Assembly: GCA_002269645.1 (NCBI GenBank)
Contig: NIVC01003621.1
Span: 1-64,000, forward strand
Source: Macrostomum lignano
Taxonomy: Eukaryota
Length of the DNA stretch: 64,000 nucleotides
Direction of reading: 5' to 3'
This document shows positions 52,027 to 64,000 of this stretch, piece after piece. Each line of letters opens with the position of its first letter. The stretch's first letter is position 1. The translations under genes were made by a program, and so were the position numbers. The notes under the pieces are model-generated. The model saw nothing but the letters and a program-made list of their open reading frames with translations, was not told the origin of the DNA and searched no databases.

Positions 52027-55000
52027 CTAAAAGTGCACAGCAGCCAGAAGTTCATTCAGTCGAGCCTCATCGGGCGATCGATCCAGCACGCTGCAGAAGT
52101 AGGCAGCAATGTCCACGGAGTCCTGGGCGCACTGTTCTAGAAACGGCTGCTGCAGTAACTGCCGATATTTTGGTCGCTTTTTAACGTCTTTGCTCAGGCA
52201 GAGGTTGACAAAATTGCGAGCCTCCTCTGAGAAGCGAGCGTCCGTTAGACGGGGAGGCTCGCTTTTAACAACCTGCGGATGGGTTCAGGCCGGTTCTTTG
52301 CACTGTACAGGTGGCCTGAGAGTGATTCTTTGTACTGTACAGGTATATTGAGGGTGATTCTCTGTTCTATACAGGTGGGTTGAGGGGCTGATGCCTTGTA
52401 CTGTACAGGTGGGTTGAGTGGCTGATTCTTTGTACTGTACAGGTGGGTTGAGGGCGATTCTTTGTACTGTACAGGTGGGTTGAGTGGCTGATTCTCTGTA
52501 CTGTACAGGTGGGTTGAGGGGCTGATTCTCTGTACTGTACAGGTGGGTTAAGGGGCTGATCTTTGTACCGTACAGGTGGGTTGAGGGGCTGATTCTCTGT
52601 ACTGTACAGGTGGGTTGAGGGGCTGATCTTTGTACCGTACAGGTGGGTTGAGGGGCTGATCTTTGTACCGTACAGGTGGGTTGATATTTTAATAATAAAC
52701 TTCTATTATATTCAGCAATTCCCAAACGAACTCTCTCACCTGCTCCAGCTGCTCAAACATGGTGCCCCACTGTTTGTAGGGAAACCGGCCGGTACACAGT
52801 TCGTACAACGAGATGCCCAGCGACCAGACGTCGCTACGAACGTCGTAGCCTTCGCCGACGCGTTGATAGTCGATTCGTTCCGGCGCCATGTAGGGCCGGC
52901 AGCCGGCGTCCCGGGTCTTGGCAATGCTGTCCACCAGCTTGCCGGCGATGCCGAAGTCGCACAGCTTCACCCGGCCCGACCGGTCCGCCAGGATGTTGCT
53001 GGGCTTCACGTCTCTGAGGGGGGTGGGTGGTGAAGTCGGGATGGCCACTTGAAGTACCCGCGTCTGGATAGGGATCGGGTATTCGATGGGGAGTTATGGG
53101 GTCGGGAATCAATGAGATCAGGGATTGCTATGGGATCGAAGATCAAAATGGGATCAGGGATTTTAATGAGATCAGGTATTACAATGAGATTGAGGATTAC
53201 AATGAGATTGAGGATTAGAATGGGATGGTGGATAAGAATGGGATGGTGGATTACAATGGGATGGTGGATTAGAATGGGATGGTGGATTACAATGGGATCA
53301 GGGATTACAATGGGATCAGGGATTACAATGGGATCGGGGATTACAATGGGATCAGGGATTGCCATACCGGTAGCATCGGGACCGCACTAGGATCAGAAGA
53401 GACTGGAAATTCCGATTTCCAGTTGCATAAAAAAGACCCCATTCTTCAACACGCCCTCTCACCTGTGCATCATGCCCAATTTCTCCTTGAGATAATTCAA
53501 CGCTTTGACAGTTGCTAAGGAAACCTGGGCAATTACCACCTCGGGTATGACCTCGTTGAGATGATGATAGACAACCCGGTAGAATTTGTCTAGACTGGTG
53601 TCCATCAGCTCCATGCAGATCCAACAGTCGCCCTCTTTGAATAATGCGCCATAGGACCTGGCCAAGCAAACGGTTTAGGGTTCGATGTTCGTTTTGTACA
53701 CTTACAAGCGCTTTCCTAATCTGGCTCCACTTTTACTTCGCAATCTCACCAGTCACTCCCAATCTCACCAGTCACTCCCAATCGCAGTCAGTCACTCGAA
53801 ATCTCACTCAGTCACTCCCAATCTCACTCAGTCACTCCCAATCTCACTCAGTCACTCCCAATCTCACTCAGTCACTCCCAATCTCACTCAGTCACTCCCA
53901 ATCTCACTCAGTCACTCCCAATCTCACTCAGTCACTCCCAATCTCACTCAGTCACTCCCAATCTCACTCAGTCACTCCCAATCTCATTCAGTCACTCCCA
54001 ATCTCACTCAGTCACTCCCAATCTCACCAGTCACTCCAAATCTCACTCAGTCACTCCAAATCTCCCTCAGTCACTCCCAATCTCACCCAGTCACTCCAAA
54101 TCTCACTCAGTCACTCTAATCTCACCCAGTCACTCCAAATCTCACTCAGTCACTCTAATCTCACTCAGTCACTATAAATCTCACTCAGTCACTCCCAATC
54201 TCACCCAGTCACTCCAAATCTCACTCAGTCACTCTAATCTCACCCAGTCACTCCAAATCTCACTCAGTCACTCTAATCTCACTCAGTCACTATAAATCTC
54301 ACTCAGTCACTCCCAATCTCACTCAGTCACTCCCAATGGCAGTCAGTCACTCTAATCTCACTCAGTCACTCCCAATCTCACTCAGTCACTCCCAATCTCA
54401 CTCAGTCACTCCCAATCTCACTCAGTCACTCCCAATCTCACTCAGTCACTCCCAATCTCACTCAGTCACTCCCAATCTCAGTCAGTCACTCTCAAGCTCA
54501 CTCAGTCACTCCCAATCTCAGTCAGTCACTCCCAATCTCACTCAGTCACGCCCAGTCGCAGTCAGTCACTCGAAATCTCACGTCAGTTACTCCCAATCGC
54601 ACTCAGTCACTCCCAATCTCACTCAGTCACTCCCAATCTCACTCAGTCACTCCCAATCTCAGTCAGTCACTCCTAAGCTCACTCAGTCACTCCAAATCTC
54701 ACTCAGTCACTCCCAAACTCACTCAGTCACTCCCAAACTCACCTAGCAATAAACGGACACTCGCAATTGACCACAACATTCAGTTCCAGCAGCATATTCT
54801 TCTGCTGGCGCTGATCGACAGTAGATCGAATTCGTTTCACAGCCAGCACTGATCCTGTGGGCTTGAACCGCATCCTATTCACTGAGCCAAATGCTCCCCG
54901 ACCGATCTCTCCCAGATCTTCCAGATCGTCAACGCTGAACTGTCGTTCCGGTTGATCTGGCAGCTTCAATTGGCCAACAGGCGGCAGACCGGGCAAGCCT

Positions 55001-55131
55001 GGCTGCGTCTGCAGCTGGCCAATAGGAGAGGCCGACTGAGGCGCAGCTCGATTCTGATTGGACGCCGTCAGTGGAAGCACAAATCGAGGCCGAGAAGTGC
55101 CTCCGCTACCAATTCTGTTATTGTCTGACAT
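52027..55131 (-). CDS. MAP2K4: Dual-specificity MAP kinase kinase 4 (MKK4/SEK1), ~367 aa
   Basis: Exons 55131-54743, 53657-53463, 53013-52740 and 52272-52027. Motifs are GEIGRGAFGSV, LAVKRIRSTVD, EGDCWICMELMDTSLDKFY, HR|DVKPSNIL and the activation loop DFGIAGKLVDSIAKTRDAGCRPYMAPERID, which is diagnostic of MKK4. An N-terminal R-x-R-x2-L-x-L docking-like motif is also present. Confidence 0.95.
52300..52682. repeat. ~32-34 bp minisatellite (TGTACTGTACAGGTGGGTTGAGGGGCTGATTCTC) in MKK4 intron 3
   Basis: Tandem copies. Confidence 0.88.
53115..53355. repeat. 18-bp minisatellite (GATTACAATGGGATCAGG) in MKK4 intron 2
   Basis: Tandem copies. Confidence 0.85.
53742..54742. repeat. 20-bp minisatellite (AATCTCACTCAGTCACTCCC) in MKK4 intron 1
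   Basis: About 50 copies run up to the donor site. Confidence 0.93.
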
Positions 55132-56399
55132 TTGATTTCTTTATTTGATGTTTAATTTTGTTTACAATCAAGTGTATTTTTTCAACAGAAAATCACAATA
55201 GCTCTCGAAGAAATGGCTCATATGGCCATGTTGTTTAACTGAATAAACATGAATTCAATTAAAGATTAAAATAGACAAACAATTTAGAATTTTTACATTC
55301 TTTTTATTTATAACAATCGAATGTTGTACATAAATATGGTAATGGTATCAGAATATTAGAACTATTAAGTGTAGAATAGGCCTATAGAATAATTAATATT
55401 TAAAATTAACCACAAAATTATCTATAGCCTATACTAAGTCTATATTGGTGCATTCTACTAATTTCAAGAAGGTTATGGATACCTTTTGGCAACATTGTTC
55501 AACTACATCAGTTCTAAGGCAGTTCTGCCTATCATGTTGACTCCTGAGGTATACATACAATTGTATGGATAATTTAATTAAGTATGCCTTTACACATATC
55601 ATTAGTATATTTATACTTAGTGCTCACATAAAATTAAAAAAATATAAGCACTAAATAGTTAAAAACAAAGAGAGACTTAAATGGCATGCAAATCAATAAA
55701 ATAATAGCAATGTCTTACTTTCCTGCAATAAATTCTTTTGACACCAAATTTTAACAAACTTAACAAGTTAAAGACAAAGTGAACAAAAGCAAACAAAGTT
55801 AACATATATTAGTTTATTAAAACAAGTCTATTAAAGTATAATTGAGCTAAATGCAACTCTTAAAAATAGCATTATGTGGCATTGTAATGGGTTATCTAAT
55901 ATAGGAAACTTTTAAAGCAAGCATTTAGATAGTCACTGCCTGAGGAACTTGCTTAATTGGGGCCAACATTTTCAAGATTTGCATAAATTTCAATTATACT
56001 TCTAATAAACTTGATAAAGTTTTTTGTTAAAAAATTATAGAATTTCTAGCTATAGTTATGTCACTATTATAGAAAGTATAATAGTGATAGTTATAATTGT
56101 AATTGCAATTCCATTATAATTGCCAGGTAAAATTAAGGTTGCATAGGAGCCCAACAACTAGCTTTTACAACCAATGCCTTTTTCTTTTAAATACTAGTTT
56201 CATGAAAAAATTAATTATAATGCATATACAAGGTTATGTGCTGGTGCTCTGTCTACTCTCTATAAAAAATCCCACCACTAAGTCACCAAGCTGTGCTAGT
56301 TCTCTTCCCTGTACACTGAGAATCCCACCGGTTAGCCACCAGCTGTTGTAGGGCTATTTTTTATTCCTATTATTGACTGTTCTAAAGCTGCCACAAAGT

Positions 56400-56802
56400 T
56401 GTTACAGGGGTTATTCCTTCTTGTTAATATTGCTGGTTATTACTTGCCTTTTACTAGTAGCGTATGTACTTCTATTGGTAGTGTATGTACTTCTATTGTA
56501 CTTTTTGGCCTGAGCGATCTTTAGGCACTGTCTATTCTATTTCTATACTCTAAAGATATTATTATCAGTCCTGGGCGTTCCCAGGATCAGAGGGTCACAG
56601 TGCACTTCGCTGGGTATTCTGCCCTAAGGCAGGTTTCTCAGACTCTAAGCCTGGATTTCTCTACCCTGTGGTAGGAATTCTGCCTTTTAAAGGCGGGTTA
56701 CTAGACTCCTAAGTCTAGGATTTCTTGTTCTCTAAGAACGGACTGAACTCCCAATCTTGGGGCGACTCTTTTGTCACTATCCACTACTCGAAATAAGTAA
56801 CA
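56400..56802. mobile_element. Possible solo LTR (~400 bp)
   Basis: The ends TGTTAC...GTAACA are inverted, and the flanks AAAGT/CAAGT are a 4/5 match to a target duplication. The segment is more GC-rich than its surroundings. Confidence 0.3.
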
Positions 56803-59800
56803 CAAGTGATCACAAGCCCAAGGCTGATTTAAAGCTTGATCAATGTTCGAAACAATGGTACAAGAAAAGGTTCACAAGGTTATTTATTTTTGCTCCCAGC
56901 TGACTCCTATTTATAGTAAAATTTTACTAGTATTTAAAACAAAGTATTAATACATAGAATATTCAGAATATTTTGCATATAATACTATACTATTATATAT
57001 AATATAATACTATACTATTATATTATATATAAAAGAAATATTTTTAATATTCGCATGGTATAACAACAGTAGTACATTTTTGAAATGCAACTTTTTCTAA
57101 GAAATCGTTATAAAAACTGGAGGCCTATTATAGTTAGAACCTATAGTATTGATGTAGTACACTTTGTAATTTATATACTTGTATTCCTATATTTTATGAA
57201 ATATCAGTCTATTCTTTCTTAGACATTTGCACATTTTAAAATTTCACCAAGTTTTTGTTTAAATATTGTGTCATTGAAAAATATTCTATTATTATATATT
57301 TTTTAAATTTGTTTAAAATTGTTCCAAAATGCAGGATGAATAGAATGTGAAAAAGGCAGAAGGAATCAACCATTTATGAAATCATATTTTGTTCTTATGT
57401 TCAATACTATGGTTCTTCTATTTTGTGAAGTATTCAAGCTAAATTGCCTTGACAGATTTGAATTGGCTTATTGATTTCTATAGGACTATAAGACCCAAGC
57501 ATTGGGAGAATTTGAAACCATTTAGAAACGAGACAAATCTCAGTAGTCTGGGGTAAATTTCTATAGAGAAGTAAAATTGCCTTAGAATAATGTAAATGCT
57601 TAGAATCTGTAACACTCTGATCCCAAAAATGCCTAGGACTGAGATATATCCCTTTATAGGAATAACTGAAATATAGAAATAGGGTAGACAGTGCCAATAA
57701 CTGCTTAGGCCAAGAAATAGTATAGTAAAAAGTATATATGCTACCAGTGGGTATATTCATGTACTACTAGTAATATCTATCATTAGTAAGAGTACATAAG
57801 TAGTAAGAACATTAAAAACCATTGAAACAGCTTGGTGGCAGTAGAGGCCAAATGAGCAAAGATTTTTGGTCAAGCCAAGTATTGAGTCAAGACTTGGTGC
57901 TTATATCAAGTAGGCCAGTCAAGAAATGTTGAGTGAGTAATCTGCACATTTTATATATAGCACTTTCTATAACTAAACTGTCAATGTCATTTTATACAAA
58001 GATTTATATGAATATATTCTATCATAAACAATTAATATTTAATGTTTTTAATATTTTATTTATTAATAAAAAATATTAAAATTTACTAATTAATGTTTGT
58101 TTATATTGGTCATTCCACGAGAGACTTGAAGACATTTCAGGACGTTTTATACAATGTCAGATCAAAAGGAGAAGAGTATATAAAGACTTAATTATGAACT
58201 TATAAAGAAATGATAAATGAGTTAAAAGTACAATTGTTAAAAATAAATTTAACAATTAATTCTATGAAACAAGGGCTGCAGAGCTGAGTTGTCTAGCTGA
58301 CTGCCAAAATATGACATCCACATCTCCAGGAGTGTCCAGCCATAGTTGCAGCTTGTTAGCCAGCCAAATTCTTGTATGAGGATTTGAAGAAAGGTGATAA
58401 TATTTCTAGTTAGTGTTTCATTCAGTTATTTTTGTATAAAAATACCAAGATTGTGGGCAACAATAAAACTGATCCAACTATTAAAAAAGGGAAATGCCAT
58501 GCTGATATTTCTTTCTTAAGAGGCATATTTACCCTATATTATCTATATACAGACCCATTAAAAATACTCAACTTCTTGAATTAACCAAAGTAAAATTTCT
58601 TGACAGTTGAATAGTTGAAAAAATAGCCTATCACTTGACGTGTCAAGTACTTGTTTGGCTTCTAGGTGGCAGCAATAATAATAAACAGCCTTAATACAAC
58701 TTTGGTAATAGCTTTTAAGGTTATTATATAGACAGAAGACAACTTCTATTATAACTTTGGTGGCATTAGTGAAATTTTAATAAGCCAAGCAAAGTCCTAT
58801 CACAATTTGGTATTAGCATAAGATCATTTTTGGATGGAAGAAGTTAGCCCTACCTTTAGGATAATATAGTTTTTTTTTAAATCTTCTTTGTTACCTTTAT
58901 AATACTAATAGAATAGCAATATAGATTGCTAGTGTAAGCTAATTTTCTTTGATTATATATATTAAAGTATTTTAGGCTTATTAACATTGCATTTTGATGT
59001 ATTTTTTCTAAAAGATTAAATTTCTATAATATTGCCTAGGCTTTTATAATAATTTACCTTACATTAACTTATTGTCTATATAAACTAGCCTAGTTAAATA
59101 AGGTAATCCAGATAAAAATGAAAGGTCCTGAATATTAGGGCCTATTAATATTACCTTTAAATTAAAAGTAAATCAAGTCACAATATAATTCATATAATAA
59201 TAGGCTAATTTAATTTAAAATATAATGTTGTAGGCCTAGTTTTAATATAAAGAAAATGAATGTCAAAATTGGCCCAATTTGCATACACTAAAGCATAATG
59301 GTTTTATAGATAGGCCCCTTTAAATTTTAAATTAGAAAATCTCCATTTGAATAAAAGAAAGAGTAGGGCCTAGGCCTATCTGACTCTGAGTATTTATGAT
59401 TGTTTAAACATACCACTAGGCTTCTTGTTTAATCCAGGCATATATAGATATAGGCCTATCTATGCCACACCCACAGCCACCTATAATTTTATTATAAAAT
59501 TATAAAAAAATAGATAGGGCCTAGTCTGTGACCCTACATTTCAGTTCTGAATTAAAACATTAGCAGATTAGATTGTGATTGCAATGATGCCAATTTATTT
59601 TAAATAAACCATAAAAATGAAGTCAATATTTATGGACTGGAGTTGTACAGAACTTAAGGCCGACTAAAATCGATGAGACTTGTTGATCGTTGCAGGTTAG
59701 TTAGGACTCAGTTAGCCAAGTCAGTCGAGTTCACTTTAAAAATCACCTTTGCCCTTTGCGCTGTTTTAAAGTAGGGCTTAGTAGTAGCTGTACTAAGAGT

Positions 59801-62117
59801 TTTGGCTCCGGCAAATAGCCTGTTTTTAATTCCAATGCCAATGTTTAATTCGAAAAAAAAGATTTATGAGTGATGATAAAATTCCGATGTTTGTAAAAAA
59901 TATAGTTTTTTGAAAGCGCGTCTGATACATACGTCTGAAAGCACATCTTTGGGCGTCGGGACGAAGAATTCTAATATTCTAAAATTCTAAGGATTTTTTA
60001 ATTTTGAAAGTGTGCAAAACAATTTTGTTTTGCTACATGATTTACTTTCTATTCACTAATGGAAAGTAGTACGTAGAAAGTTAAAATAGCAAGTTAATGT
60101 GTGTGAAATGAAATGCGTAGCATTTAAATTTAACATCAAGAAGGACCATGTAGTTGAAGGACTCGGCCCTCACGAAGCACGGAAAAAAAGTTTTTAAGGG
60201 CTGATTTTCAAAGCTTGATGCTGCCTCTTCAGATACAGATATTAAGATGATTATAGCCATCCTTGTTTAAAATGTGGGTGTTTTTAAGCTGTATAGTTGT
60301 CTTACTGCTAAAGGTATTATTTTTTCTGGATAGAGCATTATTAAATTTTGTGTCATCTTACCTTTTCTTCTAGTAACGGCATCTATTAAAGCTAAAATTT
60401 AGTTTATTTGCTTAAACTGCTATAAATACATGTTCATTTTGTATTTATATAGCCTTATATTTTGCTTGATGCATATAAGGATATTAGATCAAGCAACTGC
60501 GTTCAACATCTAATTAACGTCGACCCACAAATAGGTACATGTAGTGTAAACGAGATATGATCGTGTCATTGTAGTCGGGGCATAGAGAGTATTATATTTT
60601 ATTAATACGTTGTATAGGGTTTTATAATACCTGGTATTAGGTAATAAGAAAGTCATACGCATCATGCTAGCCAATCAGCAGCTTTTTCTATTTTGTTTCT
60701 ACTTCAATTCACAGTGGTGCGCAACCATAGGCGTCACCATATCCTGCATGGGGAGGGGGACGAGTGAGAAATTCTCGGTATTACGAGTTGGGCCGAAAGG
60801 AAGACGTACATGTACATCGACAGAATTGGCTGCGCCGACGGAATCGGAGGAGCTGAGCTTGATCGTGTCCGGAGAGTTACTCGTCGAATCTCCCATCTGA
60901 ACAACTCTATCACGCATTTAGCCATCATCAGAGAAGTTTTAACAGACAAAGCGTCGCTTATTTCTACGCTACCGAAGTCGACATGGTTGATCATGGCGGT
61001 GGCGGCCCGTCAACGCGGTCGGCATTTCCTCTCGTGATCATGGACCAGTAATTCGAAATTTGTGTAGGGGACAGATGTTTGTACTCTAGTATTCTACCTT
61101 GCGCGTTGCGCCCTTGTCTATTTATGCGAGTAATATACATCAAACTAATGCACGCGCGTTGCTCTCGGAGCGAACCCTAGCTTAGATCTCAAATATAAGT
61201 ATCTCGATGAATTGCATTCAATGCCGGCCCAAGTGGCGCTAAACTAAAAAAATTCTACTGGCCTTTCGTCGACTACTACAGTTGCTGTTGTCATTAATTA
61301 TTTGTTCAAACGCATGCTCAAACGCAGACTCAAATTTGTAAGTCGTGAAGGATAATAGTAGGGTAGGAACTAGGCGAATTGGGCAAAATAGGATAAAATT
61401 TAATGGCCTACGACAACTTGGTGGCATCTTGGTGACTGATTGACTGACTGACTGACTTAAATTAAGAAATTAAGCTAGAACAACAGAAATGGGCAAATAG
61501 TCAAAGCCTACAATAGTACAAGCAGTGCATGGCAAAGCTCCCATTAATTTCAGACAATATCATGCGAGGCGGCAATTGACTCAGGCGGTTGACAGGCGGA
61601 GACAGCCGGTCGCAGAATTCTAAATGAGCCCGGCGCGGAGGCCGCTCCAGGGGAGGAGCTGCGATCACGTCCGGGACCGACGGCCAACCCCGACCGGCGT
61701 AGCAACGGAGGGGTGGACATGTGAACCGGCCCGCATAAGAGGACTGCAAAGGAGCGCAGAACTACTGAGCTCCCCCCCAGATGCTCTAACTCAACCAGAG
61801 TAAAACCGTTAAGTCTAACCGCCTAACCCTCGCCCCCGTAGTAACGGGCATGTCTAGTGCTTATTTGATTGCATCCGCTGCTGTGTAAACCCTGCCATCG
61901 TTAGGTAAGCTGTATCCCACCTCATCGGCAGCTGGGGGATGAGTTAGACAACTCATTTAATATAACACGATCTTGAAGCCCAAAGAGGCAATGCTTGTTT
62001 TGAGATCTAAAGTGTGACGTCAACGAAAAGCATCTCAGGTTTTGTTGTCTGTTCCACCGCTGTCTGAAGGCAGAAGATAACCGGCGTTTAGAACATCGAA
62101 AACATCGTGTTATATGA

Positions 62118-62402
62118 CTGACTGACTCACTGACTCACTGACTGACTGACTGACTGACTAACTGACTGACTGACTGACTGACTGACTGACTGACTGACTG
62201 ACTGACTGACTGACTCACTGACTGACTGACTGACTGACTGACTGACTGACTGACTGACTAACTGACTGACTGACTGACTGACGGACTAACTGACTGACTG
62301 ACTGACTGACTGACTGACTGACTGACTGACTGACTGACTGACTGACTGACTGACTCACTGACTGACTGACTGACTGACTGACTGACTGACTGACTGACTG
62401 AC
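62118..62402. repeat. (ACTG)n microsatellite
   Basis: Direct. Confidence 0.97.
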
Positions 62403-62669
62403 ACAGACAAATTAGATACATTGCATGGTTAATGCAAAGAGAAAAGAGAAAAGTAAAAAGCTTTTGCTGCCACGGTAGAAATTTGTTTAGTTTATATTTG
62501 GGCATTAAGATAATAACAAATTTTTGAGAGTAGCTTGTTTTAACAAGTTCTTTAAAATTCAAAATAGAATAAATTTATAAATAAACTATTGATTGGAGTA
62601 ATTTTTAAAACAATCGGCCTTTTCTCTTGTTTTAATAGTATCTGAAATCTGATTATTCTCAGAGATTTC

Positions 62670-63387
62670 TCAGAACACCTTGACGAATCTGCTCCAGGCG
62701 GGGTCCTTCTCGATGGCGTCACCAACACTGGAATCCGAGTAGTCCAGCATGCGGCAGAGCCCAGCGTCCGTGTTCACCAGAGCCGCCCGGCACTCCCAGC
62801 GGGAGGCGCACGCGTCCAAACAGGTGAACTGCTCCTCGATCGTGATGTCGGTGTAGCAGTAAGTTGGCGTGATCTCCCCCAGCTGCAGGAACTCGGACCG
62901 CTTAAACACGCCGCTATTCGGGGTCTCGATCGGCTGGCACAGACAGAGCTTCGTCCCGCCAGACGTGGCGTCCATGAGTCCCGACTGCCGAATCGCCAGT
63001 CCGTCGTCGCTATCGTTGATGTCGTCTGGACAGTCGTCCGACCAGTCTTCGTCGCCGAGCACGGGGAACTCGGTGCCGTTGGTCATCAGCCAGCCGGTTC
63101 TGTTGCGGTACCGCTCGACCAGAAAATCGGTGCCGCCCAGCCACAGCAGCCTCGGCCACAGGTGACGAGCAGCCCGCGCCCGCTCGATCCCGAGCGCCAG
63201 CTCTCCGTTGATGCCGTGGCAGAACCTGGCCGCGTCGCACCATGCAGGTCCTCTTGATGTCCGAGAGGTTCCAGAACAGGCAGAATCCATTCAGAGTGGT
63301 GTAGGGCGGCGGGCAAGCGAACAGAGGGTAACTGCAGATTACAGCAAATGCGAAGCTTGCAAAGAGCAGGAGGCCTTTCTTAGCCAT
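62670..63387 (-). pseudogene. Secreted C-type lectin + PAN/Apple-domain protein, intronless, frameshifted by a 4-bp insertion
   Basis: The signal peptide is MAKKGLLLFASFAFAVIC, followed by CPPPYTTLNGFCL. Removing TGCA at 63243-63246 restores KRT-WCDAARFC…WLGGTD…GW (CTLD) followed by FTCLDACASRWECRAALVN…CRML (PAN). The total of 718 nt equals 238 codons + 4. Confidence 0.8.
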
Positions 63388-64000
63388 TGCTTGCAGTTGG
63401 TCCTGTTCGGCGTCAGAGGCATGTCTTGTCGGAATGGGTTCCGACAAACGCTATTTAAGCGCTTCTTCTAGCAACCAGCAGATTTCCCTGAGCAGATAAA
63501 CGATTCAGCAACTTAATCGCGATAAGGATAATGCATGGGACCTAAAGCAAAACCTGGGTTTTGCGATCCAGTCTGATTTTTTGAACAGTTCAATTTCAAT
63601 AGAGACAATGAGGCTGTTTGAAATCATTTTGTCGGCATCGGTAAACAGCAAAGCAGCTTAATTTATAAAATAAAATCCAGCTCGATCGCTTATCTATCTT
63701 GCTCTATAGAATTGGAAAAAATATTCGATTTTAGAGGATTCAATTCCAATAAAATAGTTTTTATATTTCACGTACTGGGAGCAGATTAAATCCAGTTAAA
63801 CACTGCTGAGAATTCGTCAAATGAAATTATTCAGAGATGAATTAGCTTAATGATTAATTAGCTAAAGCATGAATTAGATTAGGGATGAATTAGCTAAGGG
63901 ATGAGTTAGATAGATAGATAAATAGATAGATAATGCGAAATGAAACCACGCACACAGTTGAAGCAAATTCACAATTTCTTTAACTCTAAGAAAAGAACCG

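Noticed and set aside
56061-56087. 11-bp-stem hairpin TCACTATTATA-GAAAG-TATAATAGTGA
   Set aside because: It is short and AT-rich with no TSD, so it is plausible by chance in this composition.
58110-58400. Slightly GC-richer patch suspected to be a transposase relic
   Set aside because: No DDE or other motif was recognisable in any frame.

Overview
This is eukaryotic (spliced) genomic DNA that is very rich in tandem repeats. It is most likely a free-living flatworm such as Macrostomum; this is inferred from the flatworm-type paramyosin, GC-rich exons and minisatellite-filled introns. Nine gene models could be reconstructed by hand with phase-consistent splice sites. They are the 3' part of an SLC38A10-like transporter (+), a ~1090-aa ankyrin-repeat protein with an unrecognised repeated exon module (-), a cGAS-like/Mab-21 nucleotidyltransferase with an intact catalytic motif (-), paramyosin (+), an orphan zinc-ribbon protein (-), an SLC16/MCT transporter with a GC-AG intron (+), a TMUB1/2 homologue (-), MKK4/MAP2K4 (-), and a C-type lectin+PAN gene frameshifted by a 4-bp insertion (-). 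Mobile DNA includes a very young 1.3-kb non-autonomous LTR element (TRIM), a 57-bp hAT-type micro-MITE and a possible solo LTR. About twenty unrelated mini/microsatellite arrays occur, many filling introns up to the splice sites, and two consist of repeated kappaB-like or NF-Y CCAAT motifs. Most long ORFs in the supplied track are repeat-derived artefacts.
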